From Actinomycetota bacterium (GTDB lineage: Bacteria > Actinomycetota > Geothermincolia > Fen-727 > Anoxymicrobiaceae), in the NCBI GenBank assembly GCA_016927325.1, contig JAFGMY010000079.1, forward strand, positions 1 through 54,921: a DNA stretch of 54,921 nt. The letters run 5' to 3'. Positions 43,301 to 51,348 of this stretch are shown here, in pieces (the stretch's first letter is position 1; each line of letters starts with the position of its first letter). Position numbers and translations under genes: made by a program. Below the pieces are notes generated by a model that saw only the letters and a program-made list of their open reading frames with translations, made no database searches and was not told where the DNA came from.

Positions 43301-44662
43301 CTTATTATCGTCCAGGAGGAAAGCGAACCACGCGTCAGGTTGGATGAGATGCCCGAGGCGGCCGCTCTTGAGCTGGAGATCGATTCAGAGGAGGAGTCGC
43401 CGGAAGAGGCTCTGGATGATATAGGAAGCGCTCTGGAGATGAGCGAAGAGCTCATGGATGAAACGGAAATACCGCTTGTTTTTGATGAGAGTGGTTCGTC
43501 TGTTGAGATGGAAGATGCTGAAGCGGAAAAGGCTGCCTCGGAAGATGAGGAAGAGGAGCTTGTGATAGAGGGATTGGAGGAGTCGCCGGGGGATTTGATT
43601 CCGGAACACAGTGAATCATCACCCGATCTTGCCGAAGTCATAGATATTACGGGTACAGACAAGACAAAAGTCCCGGAGGATGAAGTGGCGGAAGTCCTGA
43701 CCGGGATTTCCCCTGCAGAAACCGAGATCGCCGCCGCCGAAGAGGAAAGCGATACAGCACAAGCCGACGTTGAAGCTTCAACTCATGAGGCCGAAGCACA
43801 GGTTATTCCGGAAGAGGAGACCGCCGAAGAAGTAAGTGAAGTTTTTACTGAGGCGCTCGAGCCCGAAACCGCTTATCCGGAAGAGGAGTTGGCCACAGAA
43901 GCGGTGGAAGAGGAAGAAGGGGCCGGTGCGCGGTATATCAAGACGGAAGAACCGGCAGCGGAAACCGTTGAGCAGCCGGAAGCCGGAGAGCCGGCCGCAG
44001 CTTTGGAGGAAATGGCGGCCGACATGGTTCCGGAGCCGACTGCATATGAAGAAGATGAAATGCCGGCACAGGCGCCGGTTGAGGATATAACTGATGAACT
44101 GCAGGCAGGGGGTGTGGTTGTGGCGGTGGAAGAGCCGGGCATCGGCACCGACGAACTTGCTGAAATCACTGGTGGGTACTCCCTTCCCCAGGGCGAGACA
44201 GGCAGTGCCGAGATGGAAGCCGTCGTGTCGGACGGTGCGGAAACCGGAGAGGATGAAGAAGAGGAGTGGGAAGAGGAGTACGAAGAAGAAGAGTATGAGT
44301 ATGAGGATGAAGAGGAAGAGATCGGGGAAGAGGTCGAGCAAGAGATTGAGGAAGTGGAAGAGGAGTACGAGGAAGAAGCTGAAGAGCCTGGACTATTTGA
44401 TTCAATGCGGGTGAGGGGCAAGAGGGACGCGGGAACGAGTTTACTGGATCTGGAGACCCTTGAACTCGAACAGGAGTTAAAAGACCTGGTAGGTATACCA
44501 CAGACACAGAAGAAGAGAAGGCCTGTTGATGCGGATGAAGCAGGTGATAAAGGTAAGAAAAAGGAAAAGAAGAGCAGAGGATTCATGTCCCGCGGCAGAG
44601 GCCGCAAGGAGGTCAACAAGGGATCAGGTGAGAAGACTGTAAATGACCTGGATGAGTTCTAG
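40400..44662 (+). CDS. DUF4388-domain protein with about 1150-aa acidic low-complexity region
   Basis: MPLKGNLKDFSLPDLFQLI..GKKSGKL...VFNLLMWNDGAFDF is DUF4388-like; followed by a small wHTH-like segment, then Glu/Ala/Val-rich repeats and a basic C-terminus. Confidence 0.85.
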   Translation: MPLKGNLKDFSLPDLFQLIHFGKKSGKLTISRGDIEGYVCFRDGDVTYATHNTNKVLIGQLLVRARVVTDKQVAEALELQKTVHKDKLIGSILVELKYITDETLELFIKEQIKESVFNLLMWNDGAFDFDPDDKLEEDIGVSMGAEELIRESRKRLGEWMDIESRIPTLDAIFSKTSAGKKNPERLKIPEEEVLTLEYIDGTNTVRDIARQKGEPALETCKSISNLAGAKLIKLVGEKGGESGGSAETLQEEIDFYEEESATLTETKPPDEGTLEYYKWLALQEAMNCERVGIFKAAAREKVSEEGPLVVKEAPEDNSSKAEAEEVEEEEEVGVIKKLVIDGLEKPEDFAVDWSDDLIGMLDKEKADDEISESIRANHVDLDEKDDLIGISLEGFEDMVPEKDLADEGLRGPLTGETLDDGGSSLLSEEDIEKLMGLKSKPREEMSREELLTFDQPTYPIIEPMPGERDELSVEEEVAREEADSMEERARKVLAEIMEGREGREDYTFDSQKEQEEEDKAETYSLEELSDIFEDGSEAGEEEVVKTEVEEVVVEAAEEEYLDSGREEYAVAETAAEVAEEEPVEVEEEVPVIEVDKEVTGVELEAETEEDSLEYYKKLALENDTEILDAEFVADGETAEEIIAPEKIIREVEAEVEEEAAEEETVEEVAEAADEEVAEGEPEEEVAEVEEEVAEAEPGKETAEEEAAEEIAEAEEEVVEAEAAEEVAEAEPGKETAEEEASEEIAEAEEEVAEAEPEEGVAEAEPGKETAEEEAAEEIAGIEEEVVEAEAAEEVAEAEAAGTEEEAAETAGEVAEVEVEAEAVEEIAEAAEEVAEAEPGKETAEEEAAEEIVGTEEEVVEAAEEVVEEDTAEEVEEIAEAVEEEVVKAEVAEEVAEVEVEEDAAEEEAVEEIAEPGEEVSEVAEEVADMLDELESLEAEESAEENEIQGRVIQFDKASTKQDQDEDVLIIVQEESEPRVRLDEMPEAAALELEIDSEEESPEEALDDIGSALEMSEELMDETEIPLVFDESGSSVEMEDAEAEKAASEDEEEELVIEGLEESPGDLIPEHSESSPDLAEVIDITGTDKTKVPEDEVAEVLTGISPAETEIAAAEEESDTAQADVEASTHEAEAQVIPEEETAEEVSEVFTEALEPETAYPEEELATEAVEEEEGAGARYIKTEEPAAETVEQPEAGEPAAALEEMAADMVPEPTAYEEDEMPAQAPVEDITDELQAGGVVVAVEEPGIGTDELAEITGGYSLPQGETGSAEMEAVVSDGAETGEDEEEEWEEEYEEEEYEYEDEEEEIGEEVEQEIEEVEEEYEEEAEEPGLFDSMRVRGKRDAGTSLLDLETLELEQELKDLVGIPQTQKKRRPVDADEAGDKGKKKEKKSRGFMSRGRGRKEVNKGSGEKTVNDLDEF
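42470..42951 (+). repeat. About 102-bp (34-aa) coding tandem repeat
   Basis: Unit starting GAAGTCGCCGAAGCTGAGCCCGGGAAAGAGACAGCTGAAGAGGAAGC (EVAEAEPGKETAEEEA) recurs at 42470, 42572, 42674, degenerate at 42776, and at 42893. Confidence 0.85.
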
Positions 44663-44677
44663 AAACTTGGAGGTTGT

Positions 44678-45217
44678 TTGGATCGTATCTACAAGATCCT
44701 CGTTGCCGGTCCCTTCAATTCCGGAAAGACGACGTTTATCAGTTCCATAAGCGATATAGATGTCGTGTCCACTGAGCGCGATACCGGGGTTGGTAAGAAA
44801 AAGTGCGGGACGACCGTAGCCATGGATTTCGGCCGTATCGCACTCAAGGGTGGGAATGTCATGCATCTGTACGGCACTCCCGGCCTCAAGCGTTTCGATT
44901 TCATGTGGGAAGTGCTCTCCGGAGGCATTCTGGGGTATGTGCTCCTGATTGATGGAACGAGGCCTTCTACCCATGAGAAAGCCCGGTCGGTTCTGGAGTC
45001 TTTTGAGGGCAAGCTGGAAGTCCCGGTAGTGGTCGGGATTACGAGATCCGACCGCCGGAACTGCATGGGCCCCGCGAAAGCAAGAGAAAAATTGGGCCGG
45101 AGCGACCTCGAGATTATCCCCTGCGATGCACGGAGAGTGCAGGACGTAAAAGCTGTTCTTGTCGCGTTGCTGGACAAAGTAAAGGAACAAGAGGGGACGG
45201 TCCGAAGGGTCGTTTGA
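44678..45217 (+). CDS. MglA/CvnD-like small Ras-superfamily GTPase (ATP_bind_1 type)
   Basis: G1 GPFNSGKTT, G2 TTVAMDFG, G3 LYGTPGL, RFDFMW, G5 CDAR. Confidence 0.9.
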   Translation: MDRIYKILVAGPFNSGKTTFISSISDIDVVSTERDTGVGKKKCGTTVAMDFGRIALKGGNVMHLYGTPGLKRFDFMWEVLSGGILGYVLLIDGTRPSTHEKARSVLESFEGKLEVPVVVGITRSDRRNCMGPAKAREKLGRSDLEIIPCDARRVQDVKAVLVALLDKVKEQEGTVRRVV

Positions 45218-45235
45218 GTTTGGACGAGGCTTAAA

Positions 45236-46102
45236 ATGCACATAGATGGTGATACACGGCTTGCGGGTATTATTGGGAACCCCCTCCATCACACGATGTC
45301 GCCCGCCTTGCATAACGCCGCATTTGATTATCTTGGCTTGAATTGGTGTTATATTCCATTTCCGGTTGAGAGGTCATCGGTAAAAGAAGCTGTTGAGGGA
45401 ATGAAGGCGCTGGGTTTAGTCGGCTTGAATGTAACGATGCCGTTCAAAACCGAAGTTATACCGCTGCTGGATGAAGTGGCGGTTTTCGCCGAGACGGTAG
45501 GCGCGGTAAATACAATTCTGCTGGATAAGGGAAAGCTGATCGGCTATAACACCGACGGAAGGGGTTTCTACACCGCACTCGCCAAAGACCTCGGATACGA
45601 GGTTAAAGGCCGGAAAGTGCTGGTAATGGGTGCCGGTGGAGCCGCGAGGAGCGTTACCGTTTCACTTGCTCTGGCGGGGTGCGCCTCGATTACAATTCTT
45701 AACAGGTCGCTTGAAAAGAGTGAGCGGCTGGTGGGGATCATATCAAAGAGCGCGCCCGGTGTCCGGGTTGCATGTCTGAGGCCTGACGAGGATTACGATA
45801 TGGTGGTTGCGGAGTCGGACATTATTATTAATGCTACTCCCATTACCAATTTCAACGGTTCCGTTCTGAGGGTGCCGGTGTCAATGTTGAACAGGAATCA
45901 ACTGGTATGTGATCTGAATTATACAGTTTATCAACCACCGTTTCTTCAGGAAGCCTCCGCGAGAGGGGCGCGCGTGATAGACGGCAAGGGCATGCTGCTC
46001 TATCAGGCCGCGGCGGCGTTTGAGATATGGACGGGTCTGGAAGCGCCGGTCGAAGTGATGCGGATGGCACTGCTCAGGGCACTGGAGGAGGCCCGCATTT
46101 GA
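45236..46102 (+). CDS. aroE: Shikimate dehydrogenase
   Basis: HTMSPALHN, NVTMPFK, GAVNT, NTDG, GAGGAA, MLLYQAA. Confidence 0.96.
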   Translation: MHIDGDTRLAGIIGNPLHHTMSPALHNAAFDYLGLNWCYIPFPVERSSVKEAVEGMKALGLVGLNVTMPFKTEVIPLLDEVAVFAETVGAVNTILLDKGKLIGYNTDGRGFYTALAKDLGYEVKGRKVLVMGAGGAARSVTVSLALAGCASITILNRSLEKSERLVGIISKSAPGVRVACLRPDEDYDMVVAESDIIINATPITNFNGSVLRVPVSMLNRNQLVCDLNYTVYQPPFLQEASARGARVIDGKGMLLYQAAAAFEIWTGLEAPVEVMRMALLRALEEARI

Positions 46103-46149
46103 TGACCCGCAGGCCTTTTCAGTAAAGTAAGGAAAGGGTTTGTTCCAAT

Positions 46150-47850
46150 ATGGAAAAACCGAAACAGGACCGCCTGGGCCAGCTACTTCTGGAAAACAAC
46201 ATATTGACAGTGGAGCAACTGGAAGCCGCCCTTCAGGAACACCAGAAGACAGGCAAGTCACTCGGTCGTGTTCTGGTGGATTTAGGGATGTTATCGGAGG
46301 GAAAGCTTACTGCGGTCCTGGCGGCTCAGATAGGGATCCGTTTTATCGATATCGGCACATACAAAGTAGATCCCGCCGCCGCCACACTGATAGACGATTC
46401 ACTTGCCAGGAGGCATTTCGCATGTCCTATTGATTTTGACAACGGCAGGCTTGTGGTCGCAATGGTAGACCCTACCAACGTTTATGCTCTCGACGACCTG
46501 CGGATAACCACCGGCATGGAGATTCTCCCCGTTATCAGCACCAAGAATGATATAGAGGCGGCCATAGGCAGGTATCTGCACAGTAGCTCCGATATGGACG
46601 AGGCGTTCGATGAAATTCCTTCTCTGGAGGGTGAGGGTGATGAGGGGGAAGAAAATTCAGAGGCGGAACTCCGTGAAGCGGGCGAAGACGCACCCATTGT
46701 AAAGTATGTGAATCTCATAATTACCGAGGCTGCAAATGAAAAAGCCAGCGACATCCACATTGAACCAGGTGAAAAAGACGTCCGGATACGCTATAGAATT
46801 GACGGCGTACTCCACGAAATTCGAAGGTCGCCCAAGAGAATCCACCCGGGGCTGGTGTCCAGGCTGAAGATTATGGCGAGCATGAATATCGCGGAGAGGA
46901 GGGTCCCCCAGGACGGAAGGTGCGCGGTAATGGCGGGAGACAAGGAAATCGACCTTAGAATCGCTTCACTGCCGACCGTGCACGGAGAGAAGGTGGTTTT
47001 GAGACTCCTGGACCGTTCATCGATATTGATATCCCTGAGCGACCTCGGTATCCTTCCGGAACCCCTGAAGCTGTTCAGCGATTCTTTCCATAAACCTTAC
47101 GGAACGGTCGTCGTAACCGGACCTACCGGTTCCGGAAAGACTACCACGATGTATGCCGCCCTTTCCGAGCTCAACAAGCGGGAGGTCAACGTCATCACCG
47201 TTGAAGACCCCGTTGAGTACCAGATGTCCGGGATAAACCAGGTACAGGTGAACACCAGGGTAGGGTTGACGTTCGCCGCGACGTTGAGGTCCATATTGAG
47301 ATGTGACCCCGACATTGTCATGATAGGTGAGATCCGTGATGGCGAAAGCGCGAAGATGGCGATCGAATCCGCCCTTACGGGTCACCTCGTTTTGTGCACC
47401 CTCCACACCAACGACGCTCCGTCGGCGATGACCCGTTTGACTGAAATGGGCGTTGAACCTTTCCTGATCGCGTCCGCTGTTGACAGCATTGTCAGCCAGA
47501 GACTCGCCAGGCGTCTCTGCAGAAGGTGTAAACAGCCGGCTGAATACGAAAAGGAGTACCTTCAGAAAATAGATTTTTATTCCGAAGATGAAGAGGAAAT
47601 TGAAATATTCAGGGCGAATCCTAACGGGTGTCCTTTCTGCAACGGTGCGGGATATCGCGGGCGGGTTGGCGTGTACGAAGTCCTTGTGGTCGATGAAGAA
47701 ATTGAGAAGATGGTAGTCGACATGGCTACGGCGCGCGAGATCGGGCAGGAGGCAAGGAGAAGAGGAATGTCCACTCTGCGGGAGGATGGTTTTCACAAAG
47801 TCAAGCAGGGAATTACATCAATTGAAGAAGTATTAAGAGTGGTAATGTAA
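46150..47850 (+). CDS. pilB: Type IV pilus assembly ATPase PilB with MshEN domain
   Basis: ASDIHIEP, RYRIDGVL, GPTGSGKTT, EDPVE, GEIRD, TGHLV..TLHTN, tetracysteine CRRC/CPFC. Confidence 0.96.
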   Translation: MEKPKQDRLGQLLLENNILTVEQLEAALQEHQKTGKSLGRVLVDLGMLSEGKLTAVLAAQIGIRFIDIGTYKVDPAAATLIDDSLARRHFACPIDFDNGRLVVAMVDPTNVYALDDLRITTGMEILPVISTKNDIEAAIGRYLHSSSDMDEAFDEIPSLEGEGDEGEENSEAELREAGEDAPIVKYVNLIITEAANEKASDIHIEPGEKDVRIRYRIDGVLHEIRRSPKRIHPGLVSRLKIMASMNIAERRVPQDGRCAVMAGDKEIDLRIASLPTVHGEKVVLRLLDRSSILISLSDLGILPEPLKLFSDSFHKPYGTVVVTGPTGSGKTTTMYAALSELNKREVNVITVEDPVEYQMSGINQVQVNTRVGLTFAATLRSILRCDPDIVMIGEIRDGESAKMAIESALTGHLVLCTLHTNDAPSAMTRLTEMGVEPFLIASAVDSIVSQRLARRLCRRCKQPAEYEKEYLQKIDFYSEDEEEIEIFRANPNGCPFCNGAGYRGRVGVYEVLVVDEEIEKMVVDMATAREIGQEARRRGMSTLREDGFHKVKQGITSIEEVLRVVM

Positions 47851-47882
47851 AGAATTCAACGGTCAATATTCGGGGGTGCATA

Positions 47883-48959
47883 GTGGAAAGCAAGGCTTTA
47901 AGACTTGATATCAACGAGTTGCTCAAGGAGGTTTTGGAAAGAGGGGCATCCGACCTTCATCTAACCGTTGGCGTTCCACCCGTTCTGCGCATAAACGGTG
48001 TTCTACAGAGAATGGACCTCCCAAAAATGACCAGCAACGATACTCGCGATCTGGTTTACAGTATTCTCACAGCCAGGCAGAGGGAAGCCCTTGAAAGCAA
48101 TCTCGAGTTTGACCTCTCCTACTCGGTTCCCGGCAGCGCAAGGTTCAGGGTAAACGCGTTTTTCCAGCGCAACAGCGTGGGCGCGGCGTTCAGGATAATC
48201 CCGTACCGCATCAAGACGGTGGAGGAGCTCAGGCTGCCTCTTATTATCAAGGAATTCGCGCGCCTTCCCAGAGGTTTTGTGCTGGTTACCGGGCCGACCG
48301 GCCAGGGTAAATCCACCACGCTCGCGACTATAGTGGATCTCGTGAACTCGACAAGGGAAGAGCATATCATTACCGTCGAGGACCCGATAGAGTTTCTTCA
48401 TGTACACAAGAAATGCATTGTGAACCAGAGGGAAGTGGGTTCGGACACCCACTCTTTCGCAAACGCCTTGAAGTTTGTGTTGAGACAGGACCCCGACGTC
48501 ATACTGATCGGCGAAATGCGTGATCTGGAGACGATATCGACCGCTCTTACCGCGGCTGAAACCGGACACCTGGTATTCGCTACACTTCACACACAGGACG
48601 CCCCGCAGTCTATTGATAGAATTATTGACGTATTCCCGACTTACCAGCAGCAGCAGGTGAGGCTGCAGCTCTCCACCACGCTCCAGGCGATCGTGACACA
48701 GCAGTTGGTACCCACCAAAGACCGCAGGAGCAGGGTTGCGGCTTGTGAGATCATGATAGCCACTGCAGCGATTAGAAATATGATACGCGACGGGAAAGTC
48801 CATCAGATCTATTCCGCGATGCAGGCTGGAGGTCAGCTCAGGATGCAGACCATGGATGCGTCGCTCGCCTCGCTGTTCCGTGCCGGGCAGATTACCTTTG
48901 AGACGGGGCTGGCCAGGTCGCACAACAAGGATGACTTCAGAAGGCTTGTCGGCCAGTAA
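47883..48959 (+). CDS. pilT: Type IV pilus retraction ATPase PilT
   Basis: ASDLHL, GPTGQGKSTT, EDPIEF, NQREVG, AAETGHLV, AIRNMIRD. Confidence 0.96.
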   Translation: MESKALRLDINELLKEVLERGASDLHLTVGVPPVLRINGVLQRMDLPKMTSNDTRDLVYSILTARQREALESNLEFDLSYSVPGSARFRVNAFFQRNSVGAAFRIIPYRIKTVEELRLPLIIKEFARLPRGFVLVTGPTGQGKSTTLATIVDLVNSTREEHIITVEDPIEFLHVHKKCIVNQREVGSDTHSFANALKFVLRQDPDVILIGEMRDLETISTALTAAETGHLVFATLHTQDAPQSIDRIIDVFPTYQQQQVRLQLSTTLQAIVTQQLVPTKDRRSRVAACEIMIATAAIRNMIRDGKVHQIYSAMQAGGQLRMQTMDASLASLFRAGQITFETGLARSHNKDDFRRLVGQ

Positions 48960-49004
48960 GTGGTGATCGATGGAGGAATTTTTCAATATAATTAGAACGT
49001 AGTA

Positions 49005-49033
49005 TTTAAGTGTACCTATTATTAGTTCGATAA
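49005..49033 (+). promoter_or_regulatory. Putative sigma-28-type promoter upstream of pilC
   Basis: TTTAAG-N15-TTCGATAA in the AT-rich pilT-pilC gap. Confidence 0.5.
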
Positions 49034-49070
49034 GTTTAATGACAGGCAAACTCGCGTCGGGAGGTCAATC

Positions 49071-50291
49071 TTGACTACAGAATTTTCATATACGGTCAGG
49101 GACAAAGCCGGCAAGGAAATAACCGGCACCCTGGAAGCTGACAACGCGGACGTTCTCGCAGGCAAACTGAGCCAGATGGGGTATACGGTTGTCGCCATCG
49201 ATGAAATCAAGCAGTCGCTTGGAAAAAAGGAAATCAGAATCTTCGGGGCAAAGAAGGTGGAGAGCCATGAAATAGTTATTTTCACCCGGCAGTTCGCCAC
49301 CATGATCAACGCCGGCCTTCCTCTGATCAAGTGCCTGAGCATTCTCGCCCAGCAGACGGAGTCCACTTCTCTTTCCGATATAATCGCCGAGTGCCAGAAA
49401 GATGTCGAAGCGGGGCACTCGCTTTCGGATGCCCTGGCGAAGCACCCCAAGGTCTTCCAGAGGTTGTACGTCGCGATGGTACGTGCCGGAGAACTCGGCG
49501 GTATGCTGGATGACGTGCTGCTCAGGATAGCGAACCAGCTGGAGCGCGAGGAGGAGATAAGGCACAAGATCAAGTCCGCGCTTACTTATCCAATCGCCAT
49601 TGGTGCTATAACACTGATGCTGATGGGATTGATGATTTTTTTCGTCGTTCCGAAGTTCGCGGCCATGTTCGCGCAGATGGGGGGCTCACTTCCGGCTTTC
49701 ACCCAGTTTCTTGTCAATATCAGCCATTTCGCGACTGGCATCGGGGGGCTGATTCTGGTGATAGTAATTATAGGCCTGGTCATCGCTTTCAGACGCTTCA
49801 AGGCCACCGATACGGGGCGTTACACGATTGACAGGATTAAGCTGAAGATGCCTATTGTCGGTGTACTCTTTCACAAGAACGCCCTGTCAAAGTTTTCGAG
49901 GACCCTCGGAACACTGCTTTCATCAGGTGTTCCAATACTCGGGGCTCTTGAGATCACCGGTGAAACAACCGGGAATATGGTTGTCACCAAGACCCTGGAG
50001 GACGTCAGAGAGAGCGTCAAAGAGGGTGAGACTATCGCCAAGCCGCTTTCACAGTCGAAGGTGTTTCCACCGATGGTTACCCAGATGATAGCGATAGGTG
50101 AAGAGACCGGAGCGCTTGATGTCATGCTTTCAAAAGTGAGCGATTTCTACGACTCGGAGGTCAACTCGGCGGTTGACAGCTTGACCTCAATGCTGGAGCC
50201 GGTCATGATGGTTGTCCTTGGCGGGGGCGTCGGGACCATCGTGGTCGGTCTGTATCTGCCTATATTCCGTGTCATAACAATGATCAAATAA
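49071..50291 (+). CDS. pilC: Type IV pilus platform protein PilC (T2SS-F family)
   Basis: FTRQFATMINAGLPL, AGELGGML, ALTYP, IGEETGALD, LEPVM, LYLPIF. Confidence 0.96.
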   Translation: MTTEFSYTVRDKAGKEITGTLEADNADVLAGKLSQMGYTVVAIDEIKQSLGKKEIRIFGAKKVESHEIVIFTRQFATMINAGLPLIKCLSILAQQTESTSLSDIIAECQKDVEAGHSLSDALAKHPKVFQRLYVAMVRAGELGGMLDDVLLRIANQLEREEEIRHKIKSALTYPIAIGAITLMLMGLMIFFVVPKFAAMFAQMGGSLPAFTQFLVNISHFATGIGGLILVIVIIGLVIAFRRFKATDTGRYTIDRIKLKMPIVGVLFHKNALSKFSRTLGTLLSSGVPILGALEITGETTGNMVVTKTLEDVRESVKEGETIAKPLSQSKVFPPMVTQMIAIGEETGALDVMLSKVSDFYDSEVNSAVDSLTSMLEPVMMVVLGGGVGTIVVGLYLPIFRVITMIK

Positions 50292-50313
50292 GAACTCGGA
50301 TTTGGAAAAGTGT

Positions 50314-50342
50314 CTAAAGAAACCTTACTCGAATGCCGAATA
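50314..50342 (+). promoter_or_regulatory. sigma-28 (WhiG/FliA)-type promoter of the major pilin
   Basis: CTAAAG-N15-GCCGAATA, equivalent to TAAA-N16-GCCGAA. Confidence 0.7.
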
Positions 50343-50404
50343 ATAAACTTGAAGGGATGTATATCCTGTAAGAATGAGTATTAAAGCGAAGGAGGTGAAG
50401 TATT

Positions 50405-50761
50405 ATGAGAAAACTACTTAGCAGGTCAGAGGGATTCACCCTGATTGAGCTCATGATTGTAATCCTGATTATCGCAATCCTAGTAGCTATCGCGGTTCCT
50501 GTTTTCCTGAACGCAAGGGCAAACGCCCAGAAAAGGACATGTCAGGCGAACCAGAGGACTATCGACAGTTCAATCCAGAGCTATGAGTCGACTCTGACCG
50601 ATCCGGCGTATCCAGCTTCGTTGGCTGATATGACGATGCCTGGAACGAAGACGCTGAAGAATATTCCGAAGTGTCCGGCACACGATACAAACCAGTACAC
50701 ATATGTTAACAGTATTCCGCCTTATGTAGTGTGTCCTAATGATTCTGGACACACAATATAG
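50405..50761 (+). CDS. pilA: Type IV pilin (probable major pilin)
   Basis: Class III signal MRKLLSRSEG/FTLIELMIV with Glu5; perfect AAGGAGGTG SD; own promoter and a downstream hairpin. Confidence 0.92.
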   Translation: MRKLLSRSEGFTLIELMIVILIIAILVAIAVPVFLNARANAQKRTCQANQRTIDSSIQSYESTLTDPAYPASLADMTMPGTKTLKNIPKCPAHDTNQYTYVNSIPPYVVCPNDSGHTI

Positions 50762-50793
50762 CATCGGAGTAATGTCAGGGTTTTGAAAATTGA

Positions 50794-50822
50794 AGAGCCG
50801 GCGTGAAGTAAGCGCCGGCTCT
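50794..50822 (+). terminator. Hairpin after pilA (terminator or mRNA stabiliser, no U-tract)
   Basis: AGAGCCGGCG-N9-CGCCGGCTCT. Confidence 0.6.
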
Positions 50823-50933
50823 ACGATATTGGGAACAGTTTTCTGGCACGCACCGTATCTGGACGAATCCTGCTGACGTGAAAAACAGTTCATGGTGGGT
50901 TCGCTTCACATGCGTCGGGGGTGTGAGTTGATA

Positions 50934-51287
50934 ATGAATAAAATGGCTTTCAGGGTGGAGGGTTTTACATTAATCGAGCTTATGATCGTCATACTGATAA
51001 TAGCAATCCTGGTAGCTATCGCGGTTCCTGTTTTTCTGAGTGCAAGGGCCAACGCCCAGAAAAGGACTTGCCAGGCGAACTTAAGGACGGTCGACGGATG
51101 CGTCCAGAGCTACTCTGCCAGCTTCGGAGCAACTGTGTATCCAGCACGTCTTTCAGATATGATCGAGCCTGGAACCAGGCTGATGAAATCCGATCCCATG
51201 TGTCCGGCAGGGGAGATGGACTACCTGTGGATAAGCTCAGAGCCGCCTCATATCTCGTGTCCAAACGAAACCGAACACACAATTTGA
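50934..51287 (+). CDS. Second type IV pilin, paralog of pilA
   Basis: MNKMAFRVEG/FTLIELMIVILIIAILVAIAVPVF; N-terminal helix nearly identical to the first pilin. Confidence 0.9.
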   Translation: MNKMAFRVEGFTLIELMIVILIIAILVAIAVPVFLSARANAQKRTCQANLRTVDGCVQSYSASFGATVYPARLSDMIEPGTRLMKSDPMCPAGEMDYLWISSEPPHISCPNETEHTI

Positions 51288-51348
51288 ATAATGTATTAAT
51301 GGACCCAGGCGTGTCGACGGATTAAGTAACAAAGGACCGGGTGTCCGG

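Noticed and set aside
41965-44619. Long Ser/Ala-rich and Phe-rich minus-strand ORFs (e.g. 42241-43008, 42278-43282, 43873-44619)
   Set aside because: Antisense shadows of the GAA/GAG-rich acidic gene; no independent coding signal
46122-46150. GTAAAG-N15-TTCCAATA before pilB as a fifth sigma-28 promoter
   Set aside because: Lacks the CGA core and overlaps the start codon
48003-49049. 348-aa minus-strand ORF (also 37524-38423 and 47017-47796)
   Set aside because: They overlap well-supported conserved genes on the opposite strand; typical shadow ORFs
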